A DNA stretch of 64,000 nucleotides from Octopus bimaculoides (taxonomy: Eukaryota). Of the stretch, positions 48,881 through 61,348 are shown one piece after another; position 1 is the first letter of the stretch; every line of letters begins with the position of its first letter. The notes beneath the pieces are model-generated. The model did not search any database, was not told the DNA's origin, and worked only from the letters and a program-made list of their open reading frames with translations. The stretch is taken from contig NC_068987.1 in the NCBI RefSeq assembly GCF_001194135.2, positions 55,157,570-55,221,569 on the forward strand, in the 5' to 3' direction. Position numbers and translations under genes: made by a program.

Positions 48881-50620
48881 AGTAAATAAACAAAACGAAA
48901 TATATATTACCTATGTTTGTAGTACTCACTTATAGTAGAGTGGCGCTGATTTAATCACCCACATAAAACTAGTAGTACTTGGAACTAAATTACTCTGACC
49001 CGATATTACACCTATGTACAATTAAAAATGGAGACAGGGGAACATTGGATCATAAACAAAGGGGCCATAGAAAAAGTGTTAGTGAAAGAAAGGAGATCAT
49101 CATCATTTAATGTCCATTTTCCATACTAGCATGGGTTGGACAGGAACTGGCAAGATCAGGGACCATACCAGATTCCATAGTCGGTTTTGACTTGGTTTCT
49201 ATGGCTGGATGCCCTTCCTGATACCAATCACTTCACAGAGTATACTGGGTGCTTTTCACATGGCACCTTAGTTGTGGGCAGGTCTTACGTGGGACCTCTG
49301 TTGTGGGCGGGTCTTCTTGAGTATAACAGTGCACCGCATATCTCGGGCGTTAGTTGAAAAAAAAAATATTTGTGACATATTGCTTTAAAGCTCGTACATA
49401 TGTAGGTTTCCACATCATATTAAGTGGTTTGCAGACATCTTTAGTACTGCTTAGGTTACCAATCTCTACTAGTACAGACAAGTAGATGCACAGAATCACT
49501 GGGAAGTAGTTTTACAGATGGTGCCAGTGACGAGATACGAAAAGTTTACATTGGCACAAGGCCACAATTTTGTAAAGTTGAAGGATTTATAACTAATTGA
49601 ACCAACCATGCAGTTAGGATTTTGAAGCCGCTATGCAATAATGATTTTTAACCTACTCTCAAAGAATGTATGGCAAAATTAGCCATGGTGAGATTTGAAC
49701 TCAGAACTTAAAAAGAACGAGATTAAATACTTAATATCAGTAATTAACTGCATCTTCCACTGCACTGTCTTCATATATGTAATAGTGAAACGCATAAAAA
49801 AGAAATAAGGAAATTCGTTTTTGTTGTTGTTATTCATATTGTGACATTGCTTTCATGTGTCCGTGCTTTATCTGTGATCTTTCTCTCTCTCTGTCTACTT
49901 ACCCATCCCTGCTACTGTATGTGTGTGTGCGTGCGCGTGTGTGTGCGCACACACTCATATATTTGTATTTATCTCACACTTCTCTCTCTCTCCCTCTCTC
50001 TCTTTTCTCTTGTATTTTATTTTATTATTAAGTCAGATTTTTATCAGCTTTCCTATCTCTATATGGCTATTTACACCCTCGTGATAGTGGAATGTAGACA
50101 TGGGGAGAATAACAAGTATCTTTACTAACATTAAAACCTTTGGTCTTAAACACATACAAGTACACAACTTGCTGAATTATTGAAAGCAGAGTTTATATCG
50201 TGTGTGTAGAACAAAGGAATGTCTTATCTTCAGATTTTTGAAAATATTTAACACTGGTATTGTTGCTGAACAAATAGCTATAGGTTTCAATGTGTCTCAT
50301 TCTTCATGTGTGGCAAATTTCTGCCATGATACTCTGTAATGGTTTTTTATGGCTCCACTTCCTCCATGTTGATTTGTCCTCAGATTTTCATTTTACATTC
50401 AGTTATGTTCGCATATGGAGGTGATGAGCTTAACAGCATTTTTCCCATCTCTGTTAGGAGCTCCAATTCTGCCAAAGCCCACTTTGTCTTTCATCCTTTT
50501 GGAGCTATAAAGTAAGTACCAGTTGAGTACTGGGAGTGGGGGGGGTTGATGTATTCTACTTCCTTCTCCCTCAAAAATTGCTGCTCTTGTGCCAAAATTT
50601 GAAACAATTATATATCCATA

Positions 50621-50820
50621 TTAATCCTTTAGCATTCAAACCGGCCATATCTGGCCGAAATATTTAACCTGTTTAATGTTGAAACTGGCCAGATCCAGCC
50701 TCTCACCTCAATCCTACAATGTCATTCTAAAACTAAACAATTACACCATTGAAATCTCTGAGCTATGAGATAATGCAGGATTAATTCAACACAAATAAAC
50801 AAACATATTTGACAGAGTTA
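50621..50820. mobile_element. TTAA MITE family G (right end eroded)
   Basis: TTAATCCTTTAGCATTCAAACCGGCCATATC..., with a body shared with the other G copies. Confidence 0.7.
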
Positions 50821-51407
50821 AAGAGTTTAATCTAGTTCATATCCTACCAGGGTCAACTTCGCTTTTGCTCATTTCAGCATTGGTTGATAAAGTACCAATC
50901 CAGGACTATAGATGGACAAACCTATTAGAGCATTTGATGAGATAGTATGCAGTAGCTATTCAGTCTCTTTGTGTTCTGAATTCCAGTCCCACCAGGTTCC
51001 AGTGGTTAGGGCTAATTACCCGATTACATTAGCTTCCTGTTCAACCTGCAATTGACTAATAGGGTCAGATAGGCTTCTAGCAATAAATAGCACATTGAGA
51101 ATTCATCTTGCTATGCCTCAAAAACAGTTGAATATAAGTAAGATCTGTAGCACTATGTTGTAGTCCTATAAATTTTTAGGTTTATTTTGAAGGGCCATAT
51201 CCCTTCACTGTCTTTGAAACAGACATCACTAACACAACATTCTATTCCATTCCTTTTTTGTAAATCTCAGATTCTGCTTTCCTTAGTATATTTTTTGTAG
51301 TTAACCCTCTTCCATCAGCTGATTGATGATGTGGTAGAGATACACCTCTGTGTGTGTTGTCCGTAGAATTGTAACACGTATGTAGTAATTGTACATCTAC
51401 CTGTCCC

Positions 51408-51813
51408 TCTTTTACTTGTTTCAGTCATTTGACTGCAGCCATGCTGGAGCACTGCCTTTAGTTGAGCAAATCAACCCCAGGACTTATTCTTTGTAAGCCT
51501 TGTACTTAATCTATCGAGCTCTTTTGCCAAACCGCTAGGTTACAGGGATGTAACCACACCAGCATCGGTTGTCAAGCGATGTTGGGGGGACAAACACAGA
51601 CACACAAACATATGCACATACATATATATATATATATATANNNNNNNNNNNNNNNNNNNNNNNNNNNNNNNNNNNNNNNNNNNNNNNNNNNNNNNNNNNN
51701 NNNNNNNNNNNNNNNNNNNNNNNNNNNNNNNNNNNNNNNNNNNNNNNNNNNNNNNNNNNNNNNNNNNNNNNNNNNNNNNNNNNNNNNNNNNNNNNCACAG
51801 CCACTCCTGTGCC
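51408..51813 (-). mobile_element. SINE family A spanning an assembly gap
   Basis: Reverse-complement tail at 51408-51600 and head CACAGCCACTCCTGTGCC at 51796-51813. Confidence 0.8.
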
Positions 51814-53462
51814 TAATCCAAATGTCCAAAGAGCTGGCCATTAAAAAAAAAAATTTTTCTTGTCCACGAAAGTAACATGAATATAACTCAACTATATGAG
51901 TTGAGTGATAATGCTGTTTATTTTCCACTTTATATATATATGATGAGTTTTTGTGACACTGGCTCAAGGTGGGACTGAATTTGAAACCACATAGTTGGGA
52001 AGCAAATCTCTTTCACTATGCAGCCAAGCCTTCTGCAATAAAAAAAAATGATAGGAACATGAGGAAAAAATATGCAATGACTAAGATATTGCTTCACTTA
52101 CATTTTCATTCTTATTTCTTGGATAATCTTTTCTTAGAGCTTAGTAAATTTTTCTTCTTTTATTTTTTTACATATGGGAATCTGTGGAAGTCAGTGGGCA
52201 GGCAAGATAACCTTTCAATAAGGATTGAGCCCATTTTAACTGTCCTAAAATTAAAATGTCGCTACAAAATAACTGTCAGTTTACAGTGAGGAATTTCAAT
52301 ATACTTCTAATAAAAATTTTTTTTATATATGACAATGATGATGATATTAATAATTATGGGCATGATAATTGTGATAAGGGACCCAATTGGAAGCATTTAG
52401 ATTTTCCTCTCCTTTCGTCTTTTTCTTAAGTCATGTATCGGGAGATTCTGACAAAAATCTTTTGGCAGGGTTTATAACTAAACAATATAAACTTGGAATT
52501 TTTCTCAATAAAAATATCCTCATGATAAAACCTTTAATAACAAAATGTTTTTTTTTTTAATTTTGTTATTTAAAAAATTTTCCCCCGTTAGCATTATTAC
52601 AAGATGATGTTACAAATTTCTGTATTGTAGATGACTTGAGAGCAAATATTTCTCTAAAGTTCACCATTTCATGATTCTAAACTTTTCAAACCATCATCAT
52701 CATAATAGCATCCACTTTTCCATACTTGCAGGAGTTGGAAGGAGTTTATTGAGGCAGATATTCTGTGGCTGGATGCCCTTCCTGTCAACAACCCTTACCT
52801 GTTTGCAAAGCAAAGTAGTATTTTCCCATGGTCAGACATGTTTTTGCAGAATATTAGAAATGAATGATTCTGCTCATATGACACTTGCTTACAACAGGCT
52901 TCTTTTCTGTTGGCCAAATCTACATACAAGGCTTTGGCTAGCCTGGGGCTATTTTAAAAAACAGTTTTCTAAGGTGTCATGTTGTGGGACTGAACCCATA
53001 TCCATGTGGTTGGGAAGCAAACTTCTTAACCACACAGCCATGCCTGTATCTTTCAAATATAAAATAGAAAGAGGAGCTTCATTTCAGCTCACCAAAAAGA
53101 GATTTGAATGATGTTTACTTTCTCCATAGCTTTGCAATGGCTTATCTGTGATGAAGTTTCAATGCATGATGTCCTATATCATCCAAAGCATGCAATCAGA
53201 ACCTCACCTGTGTCAGGCCTTATACTTTTCAGATACTTACTATACCTGCTGACCACCACTAGTAATTGATTTGAATATAAGGATATTTTGTTTTCTGTAC
53301 AATTGCACAACATTCAAATGGGTAGCAAAATGGAAATAATAAATGATTTACTGTAATTTTCTATCTTGGAATAGTTTTAACTTCTGTTCTATATTTAAGA
53401 GATGAGGAATTGTTTACATTATTTACATTCGACGGATATTTGTCCTCATCTTGTTTGTTGTT

Positions 53463-53508
53463 AACATAACGTTTCGGCTGATATACCCTCCAGCCTTCTT
53501 CAGGTGCC
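53463..53508 (-). ncRNA. Antisense copy of the same hammerhead motif, stem I damaged
   Basis: The reverse complement reads GGCAC-CTGAAGA-A-GGCTG...CAGCC-GAAA-CGT-T-ATGTT. The stem I closing pair is a C-A mismatch. Confidence 0.55.
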
Positions 53509-53753
53509 TTGGGGAAATTTCGAACCTGGGTTCTCATTCCTAAGGTATTTTTCAATATTATTATTGTTATTGTTCAGGTCACTGCTTGGAATTGAACTCT
53601 GAATCTTGGGGTTAAGAGCATGGGCTACTAACCCCAAGACACCGAGTTCAATTCCAAGCAGTGACCTGAACAATAACAATAATAATAATAATAATAATAA
53701 TAATATCAAAAAATACCTTAGGAATGAGAACCCAGGTTCGAAATTTCCCCCAA

Positions 53754-53799
53754 GACACCTGAAGAAGGCTGGAGGGTATATCAGCCGAAACGTTGTGTT
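53754..53799 (+). ncRNA. Minimal type I hammerhead ribozyme motif (dimer-type)
   Basis: Stem I GACAC (53754-58)/GTGTT (53795-99). Core CTGAAGA (53759-65) plus one extra A. Stem II GGCTG (53767-71)/CAGCC (53782-86). GAAA (53787-90). Palindromic stem III ACGT (53790-93). Predicted cleavage after GUU at 53794. Confidence 0.7.
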
Positions 53800-54507
53800 A
53801 ACAACAAACAAGATGAGGACAAATATCCGTCGAATGTAAATAATGTAGTTTTAACTTCTGTTGTTGATATCCATTGCATCATTAAACATTTAAATATAAT
53901 GTCGATAGCAAAATTTGTACTCGTGGAAATGAAAACTAGCTCTCTAATCTAAAAAGAATTGTAGATTGTAACTCTTTGTCTTTACTCCTCTTACTGTATA
54001 TGCTAACATATAAGATGTAGGGGTTTTTGTTCTTAATTATAACAAAAACTTGCCAGCCATCTAATGCAACTGTATTATAGATGGGATACCATATATATGA
54101 TGAAACATATTAAATTTGTTTTTTCCACAAAAAAAGTAGGAGTTTTATAACAAGTAAATATAGTAAATTGTGAATTCTAAGAAAGAAGAACATAACTATT
54201 TTCCCCAAGTAAGGGGTGATGAGGTTTTTAGATCAGAAGTGTAAATGTAGCAATTAAAATCCAAGCATTTATGTGGTGATATATATAAAGTTTATAGTTA
54301 ATGCTTGGTACATTATTGAATTTAGCAGAATACAATTAAAACAGCATAACTGACAACAAGAAGCAGAGAAGTCGTTCTATTTAGTTCTCATAGAAGAGGT
54401 ATGGGGAAAAGACATACACCAGATGGATTATGTGGAGATTTAAGAAGTTTGTTGTTAATATAGCTGCTGAGTATCCCTGGTCAGTTTTGCTTGAAATTTT
54501 TGATATC

Positions 54508-54839
54508 ATCTCGCTCGAAAATCCTACAACTGACTGGCCTTCGTAGGATTTTCGAGCGAGATCGTTGCCAGTGCCCCTGGACTGGCTCTTGTGCGGGTGG
54601 CACATAAAATACACCATTTTGAGCGTGGCCATTGCCAGTACCGCCTGACTGGCCTTCGTGCAGGTGACACGTAAAAGCACCCACTACACTCTCTGAGTGG
54701 TTGGCGTTAGGAAGGGCATCCAGCTGTAGAAACTCTGCCAAATCAGATTGGAGGCTGCCATCCGGTTTCACCAGTCCTCAGTCAAATCGTCCAACCCATG
54801 CTAGCATGGAAAGCGGACGTTAAACAATGATGATGATGA
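54508..54839 (+). mobile_element. Young RTE-tail element (family E) with a 5' foldback hairpin
   Basis: Body matches the 3' UTR of the LINE at 37580-37906, with CpGs intact and a (GAT)n tail. Perfect 20-bp inverted repeat 54508-54527 / 54543-54562. Confidence 0.8.
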
Positions 54840-55370
54840 GATCTGCTTTACAAAAGTGTTCAAAGTATATTAAACCTCTCAAGTCTTGATTATATTGGAA
54901 ATATTCACTGCAGTACATTGTCAGTCTATTAGTGTACAGCAATGAAAGGGTTAAAGAAAGCTGTGGCCAATCAGTTATGAGCATCTCATAGGTCTTACAT
55001 CTGAGATGTGCTGAACTTCAGTCTGAGCTTCTAAAGGATATCAATGGTGATATATATAAGTGCTTTCGTTGGAATATATTCCCAGATGTTTGTCTGCTTT
55101 TTCATTTAATAGGGAGTGTTTGTAGGTCTCTGTGTGCATGCACTTAGACTAAAGGATACATTCACTGACCCATTGAGGATTAGATACCTTCCTGGAAAAT
55201 GGACAATTTGAAACTATTAACATGGAAACTGAGATTTTGTTTTCCTAAGCTCCCCTAGCACCTCTTCCCTCTCTCTCATTCACACACAACCCTAGCGCTT
55301 TAATTTGTTTGAGAGTATAAAATTAGATAAATAATAACATAGATGGAAAAGATGTTTACAAATTTTGTTT

Positions 55371-55566
55371 ACATTATTTACATTTGATGGATATTTGTCC
55401 TCATCTTGTTTGTTGTTAACACATTTCGGCTGATATACCCTTCAGCCTGATGAAGGCTGGAGGGTATATCAGCCGAAATGTTGTGTTAACAACAAACAAG
55501 ATGAAGACAAATATCCGTCAAATGTAAATAATGTACATAATTCCTCATCTCTTAAATATAGAACTG
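55371..55566. mobile_element. Centre-deleted copy of the hammerhead palindrome element
   Basis: Same arm sequence as the 53.4-53.8 kb element. 11-bp TSD AAATTTTGTTT at 55360-55370 and 55567-55577. Retains CTGATGA (55447-53), GGCTG/CAGCC and GAAA (55475-78). The one-sided tail CATAATTCCTCATCTCTTAAATATAGAACTG lies on the opposite side relative to the 53 kb copy. Confidence 0.85.
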
Positions 55567-56064
55567 AAATTTTGTTTTAGTTTGAAATATCACATAATCA
55601 CCATCATCATCAACAACAGCAACATTGGAGAATGTTCTTAATACATTTCTAGCATGATCAGAAATCTTTTATTTACAATTTTCATGCTCTTAATCCCATC
55701 AGGTATTATCGTATTTATGTGTCAAGATCAGCCGTGAGTTTTAAACTTAGCAGAAATTAGTAGCCTGTGTTATATTATTAGATCAGATCTCTACACTTGA
55801 AGATTTGTTATAAGGCTGTCATTTAGCCCAAGTTTCAATACCAATTCTGTCCATTTATTTCTACCACAAAATTACAGCAAATTAGATAAACCATATTAGG
55901 AGCCAGTGGTATTTAGGGGGAAAAAAACAATTCAAATGTTGTTGAACCTATTTCATAAAATATAATTTATCTTTAAAAACTATAACAAAACATGAAAAAT
56001 TGAATTGTCAGAATAAGCACCTGCTCTACTTTTTTTCTTTTTCTTTTTTTCTCTCTGTTAAGAT

Positions 56065-56424
56065 CTTGTTTTAATCATTTGATTGTGGTCATGCTGTGGC
56101 ACCATGTTGAAGAATACTTAATGAGCTGCATTGGCCCTAGTACTTATCTTTTTCAAGGCCTGGTACTTATTCTATCAGTCTCTTTTGCTAATTGCTAAGT
56201 TATGAGGATGTAAACATACTAGTACAGGTTGTCAAGCAGTGGTGTGGGGACAACACATACACATTATTTATATACAACAGGCTTCTTTCAGTTTCCGTCT
56301 ACCAAATCCACTCACTAGGCTTTGGTTGGTCCGAGGCTATAGTAGAAGACACTTGCCTTCAGTGGAACTGAGCCCTGTACCATGTGGTGGGATGCAGCTT
56401 CTTACCATACAGCCATGCCTGCTC
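56065..56424 (-). mobile_element. SINE family A
   Basis: GGCTTCTTTCAGTTTCCGTCTACCAAATCCACTCAC...CTTACCATACAGCCATGCC. Confidence 0.8.
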
Positions 56425-56450
56425 CTCTTTATGTTTTAGAGAAAATTACT

Positions 56451-56795
56451 TTAGCCCTTTTTGATGCCAACCTGCCCTATACCATCTTTGGTTCTATGAT
56501 TCAAACTTCCAAATTAAAAACCTTCCAGCAAAATTTCATGTTAAATTAACATGAAATGTTTAAACTCCAGCTAAATAAGGATTTCTGGTGCAAGCTCAAG
56601 GCCAGCAGTTTTCGGAGGGAAGTTTACATGATGCCATCGACCATAGTCGAAACTAGAATGTAAAGATTCAGAATTGCAGGGCCTTTTTTTCCAGGATGCT
56701 AATGATTTTGCCAGCTCATGCCCAGCTTAATAATGAGTTATTTTTACTAAAATCTTCAAGGCAGTATGTCTCAATAGAAATAACAAGAGGATTAA
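56451..56795 (-). mobile_element. TTAA MITE family H interrupted by a SINE B remnant (~56579-56721)
   Basis: The insertion is flanked by CCAGCTAAATAA (56567-78) and CCAGCTTAATAA (56722-33). Confidence 0.6.
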
Positions 56796-57589
56796 ACAAG
56801 TAATCATAAGAGTGCAATTAGTTGAAAAAGATAGGCTTTAAATGTAATTAACTTAACAAAAATGTATTCCAAGAGTGATTTTTCTTCAGACTTTGTACTT
56901 CTTTCTGAAGGCTGCTTGTGGCATTAAAGATGCATGTTTTTCAACTCCTGGTATAAACAAAGGAAAGAACAAAATATTTATGGTCGTATCGAGAGCCTGT
57001 GACCATGGCTAAAATTGGTGGTAGGGTGTGTTTGTTATACTTTAAACAATAACGATAATGATAATGATGGTGTATGAGATTTACTAAGTAGTGCTCAAGT
57101 TTATTTACAAATGCTATATAACTTGTACAAAGACAGCAGGTGTTACATATTTCAAAGGATGAGTTGGAGTTGAGAGTTACTTCATTGTACAATAGATCAA
57201 TTCAACATTGATGCTAACATGGAGAAGCCCTGCTGTGTTGAAATATTGCTGTTTAAGTCCCTCGTTAACAATGCTGATCTATCACACTTTATAATCAGAC
57301 ATATGCTAGCTACTGCCATCTGAGTTTTTTAACTTTTTGTATTGGTATATATTACCTAATATTATCTATTACTGGACTTATATATTATCTAATATGTTAT
57401 TTCTCCCTCTCACTTTTATATGATAAAATGTAATTTGAAGGTGATTTGATTGCTTTTTCTCGTATGTTGTGTAACTGTAAGAGAGTCACCTCGTTTTCAT
57501 CAATAACCACATTTTAATTGAGATCAAAATGTTGTTGATGACAATGATATATTAAATGTGATAGGATTGTTGTTCTATCCAGAGTAAGA

Positions 57590-57816
57590 TTAACCCTTTT
57601 GTTACCATATTTCTGTCTAAATATACTGCTATTTTCTTTCCAAATAACATTAAAAATAATGGAAGCTTTAGCAAAACCAATTTGTCATTATTACGCGTGT
57701 GTTTGGAGCATATATTGAAAGCAAATTTTAATAGGTTCTAATTTAGTTCATTTTAAAACAGGAAATTTGTATCATATCCAGGGCTGTTACAAGCTGTTTG
57801 GAATTAAAAGGGTTAA
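57590..57816 (+). mobile_element. TTAA MITE family H
   Basis: TTAACCCTTTTGTTACCATATTTCTG ... AAAAGGGTTAA. Confidence 0.8.
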
Positions 57817-57944
57817 ATCAAACTCACTTCATGGTACAGAAGGTGGAATTGAAAACTGAATCCATGGGTTTTTGTTTTTGAAAATATTAATTTCACTTTC
57901 ATTCCTATTTTATATAGATAATAGCCTGTTTTGAAACCCATTCC

Positions 57945-58177
57945 TTAACCCATTTTTTCTACCATATTTCTGTTGGAAATGCACTGCTTTTGTTTCAATT
58001 AATTTTGAGAAAAATGAAGTATTTAGTTCAATAACTTTGTCATTATCAAGCTGGTGTTTGAAAGCACAAATTAAGATGAAATTTTGATAGAAGGTTTTAA
58101 TTTAGATCACTTTAAAACAGGAAATTTGTATCTTAGAACCAGGGGTGATCTCAGACAGTTGGTATCAAAAGGATTAA
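57945..58177 (+). mobile_element. TTAA MITE family H
   Basis: TTAACCCATTTT...ACCATATTTCTGTTGGAAAT ... GGTATCAAAAGGATTAA. Confidence 0.8.
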
Positions 58178-58513
58178 TTTTATTTTAACGAGATCTTTGG
58201 TATAGATGATTCTCTTCAAATATTCTGTATAAAGACATTCAAGGCTGTGCATTTCAGTGAAAATGCCAAAACATTTTATTTTTTTGTAAAGATATTTTTT
58301 TCCCATTATGCAAAGGTTCTGTTTATTTTATTGATTGCAGAAAGAAGAAAGAATATCTCCTTCCACACACCCACAGTATTTCAGTGCTCTGAGCCATTTC
58401 TATTTTAATAGAATCCCTTTTGTAGACTTCCTACAGCATAATGCAATAGTTGGTTCACAGCCAAACATTTTTATTTTATATTTTAGTTAGACTTTACTAA
58501 AGTGATTGTCTGA

Positions 58514-58553
<40 letters not shown>

Positions 58554-59635
58554 NNNNNNNNNNATTATTTAAAAAATGGTATTCAGAGATCTGGATGGTT
58601 GTGCATATACAAATATTTATTTACATGTCATATGTTTTTTACAAATCACATATAAGCACTTTCATCTACTCTAATAGATTCTTCAGATTTAAATTTTGTG
58701 AAGGGATTTGTCTTTTTTTATAGTATTAGTGTATGGATTGGGGTGGAGGAGTGTAAGTAGGTGGCTAGAACAGATGCTTACTTTGGTTCGGCCAGCTCAC
58801 CAGGGGGTCTGAAAGAAAAATGTTTTCAAAGTAAGGCTTCCATGCTAGTGGGAAAATGGTTTAGTTAAACTATTCGGACCAAGATGGAAAAGAATGACGC
58901 AATCAAGAAAGAATTAGAAGTGCATTGTGACTAGTGATGCATAACATCCAGTAGTTTGATTGATATAGATGACAGGTGATATATAAATCATTTCAATAGG
59001 GTACACTTCAGTCATTTCTTAACAGAATTTATTTTCCTCATTTCATTTGTTTTGCTAGCCCTACCTAGTGTTAAAGATAATGTAATGTTAAATCGTTTGA
59101 ACTTTATCAGCCAGGCAATATGTACAAGTAGTTAATCAGATAATAAAAAAAGAAAAAAATGAAGAGATTTTAAAAAATCACTTCTCTTCTGTAATCCTTC
59201 AAAACAAAACAAACTTTAGTGAGTCTTCAGTACATGAATCCTCACCATCATCATTTAACATCCATTTTCCCATGCTGGCTTAAGTTGGACAGTTTGACTG
59301 AAGCTGGTCAGGTTTGGGGCCACACCAGGCTCCATTGTCTGTTCTGGCATGGTTTCTATGGCTGGATGTTAATCCCTACTTCTGACCAAAATGGACAGTG
59401 TTGCATTTAACTTAATTGAAAGGGCATCAAAGCTATTCATATTTTCAAAAGCTTCTCTCCATACTCTAGCGTGAATAAAAGAGAGAGAGGGAGAGAGTTG
59501 ATACAATGAAATTTGCGTGTATTGAATCATTGCTTTCAGCAATCATTACCACCCTCATTATCAATACTGAAAAAAAATGGTGAGACATTTTGTAACATTT
59601 TCTTGAAATTATTCTGATCCAAATATATCCCAGTT

Positions 59636-60090
59636 TTAACTCTTTTGATTCCAAGCCACCTGAGACTACAACTCCTGGTTGTGTGCCACAAACTTCCTGT
59701 TTAAAAGGATTTAATTTAAACCCTTCAGTCAAAATTTCATGTTAATTTTTGTTCCAAACACCATTTTAATAATGACAGTTATTTTATGAATTCCTTCATT
59801 ATTTTCAAAACAAATGAAAGAAAGGCAATGTATTTTAACAGAAATATTGTAACAAAAGGGTTAAACCTTTTGATATTAACCCATCTGAGACCACCATTGG
59901 CCCAGTAACATAGACTTCCTCTTTTAAAGTGATCTAAATTAAAACCTTCCTTCAAAATTTCATATTAAATTTTGTTCAAAACACCAGTTTAATAATGACT
60001 AAATTATTTTGTGAAATTCTTAATTATTTTCCAATTGAATTCAAGCAAAGTCTGTGTATTTCAACAGAATTACAGTAATGAAAGTTCTTT
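59636..60090 (-). mobile_element. Head-to-tail dimer of MITE family H sharing one TTAA (59861-59864)
   Basis: Junction ...GTAACAAAAGGG-TTAA-ACCTTTTGATATTAACC...; both halves carry the full body. Confidence 0.75.
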
Positions 60091-60556
60091 AATACAATGC
60101 AATTCACCTCAATATTGTCTTCATTTGTTAATTTTTATTTGCTGTATAGTTACTAAATAATCCTTATAAGAAGACCTTCCTTGCTAATATTGGATATCAA
60201 AATCAGAAGATTATTTTCTTTGTTTTATTTTTAATTCCTGCATGAATAAGGTATTGTATGAGTGAGAGATTAAGTTGGTGGACTACTGATTTTCAAATCC
60301 TCTTCCAGATATTGCACTGAGCTGCATTGGCAAGATGTATTAATCTTGTTTTATCTCAATCAACTCCATCTAAAAATGAGCAATACTCTTAAACTTCAAT
60401 CTGGATAAGTGGGTTTTGTTTGAAAGTTATCCAGATTTGGGACACTTAGTTTAATAATGCGCTACGTATTTATTTTCAATGATATCTAACTTGTGCTAAC
60501 ATGAAATAATAATAATTATAATAATTATCATTTTTACAAGTAGTAGTAGTAGTAGT

Positions 60557-60855
60557 TGTGAGGGTGCATGGCCTAGTGGTTAGGGTGTTGCGCTCACGAT
60601 CTAGCAATCCTGATTTCAATTCCTAGACTTGGGGATGTGCTGTGTTCTTGAGCAAGACATTTCATTTCACATTGCTCTGCAATCACTTCAGCACCTGATG
60701 TGTGGCACACACGGCACCTATTCAGACAATGTTGACTCGATGGAGAGAGTGAGCTAATGTATGGCAAAAACATTTGATCACTATAAACAAATCATTTGTG
60801 CAGGTCGTTCAGCAAAATCTGAATGCTCATACATCATCTTCGACAGGAGAGTCCA
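60557..60855 (+). mobile_element. SINE with family D-like head and a different body
   Basis: GGGTGCATGGCCTAGTGGTTAGGG, ATTTCAATTCC, TTCTTGAGCAAGACATTTCATTTCACATTGCTC; ends in (ATT)n. Confidence 0.6.
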
Positions 60856-60876
60856 TTATTATTATTAGTGATAGAA

Positions 60877-61348
60877 ACAGTATTAATACCAAAAGGCAAT
60901 CTTTATATCCAGCTTATGTGGGTGTTTTGTTAGGACACTGAATATTGCTGTATTAGCCTTCAGAAGTCCTCTCATATTGATGCATGGTGCATAAAAGCAT
61001 TCATATTTATATCATGGATAAACAAGAATTGACTGCTGTTGATTACAGAACTACCAGATCATGTGATTTCAACATACTGTCTCTTTAGAGACAGTTCTTT
61101 GCTTGCTGCATATTAGCCAAATCTTACTGCCAATGATGTATAGAATTACAGGGATTTTTTTTCAGGCACTGATGTCACATATAGCTAGCAGGTTTATTTA
61201 AAAAATAATTATTATCAACAGAAGCAGTATTAATACCAAATGGCAATCTTTATATCCAACTTAATGTGGATGTTTTGTCAGAATGCCAAATTCTGCAGTA
61301 TCCACCTTGACTGGTCCTCTTATATGGATGCATGGTACAAAAAAGTAC
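60877..61348. repeat. Diverged ~125-bp direct repeat
   Basis: CAGTATTAATACCAAA(A/T)GGCAATCTTTATATCCA...GATGCATGGT at ~60877-61000 and ~61225-61348. Confidence 0.75.

Larger units (their letters stand above)
53389..53845. mobile_element. Palindromic hammerhead-bearing retroelement (Penelope-like pLTR / tRNA-headed SINE inverted dimer)
   Basis: Inverted arms 53415-53614 and 53629-53847 with a 14-nt spacer. A 17-bp direct repeat TAGTTTTAACTTCTGTT flanks it at 53372-53388 and 53846-53862 (TSD). B-box-like GAGTTCAATTCC at 53644-53655, an (AAT)n tract, and a hammerhead motif in each arm. Confidence 0.85.
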
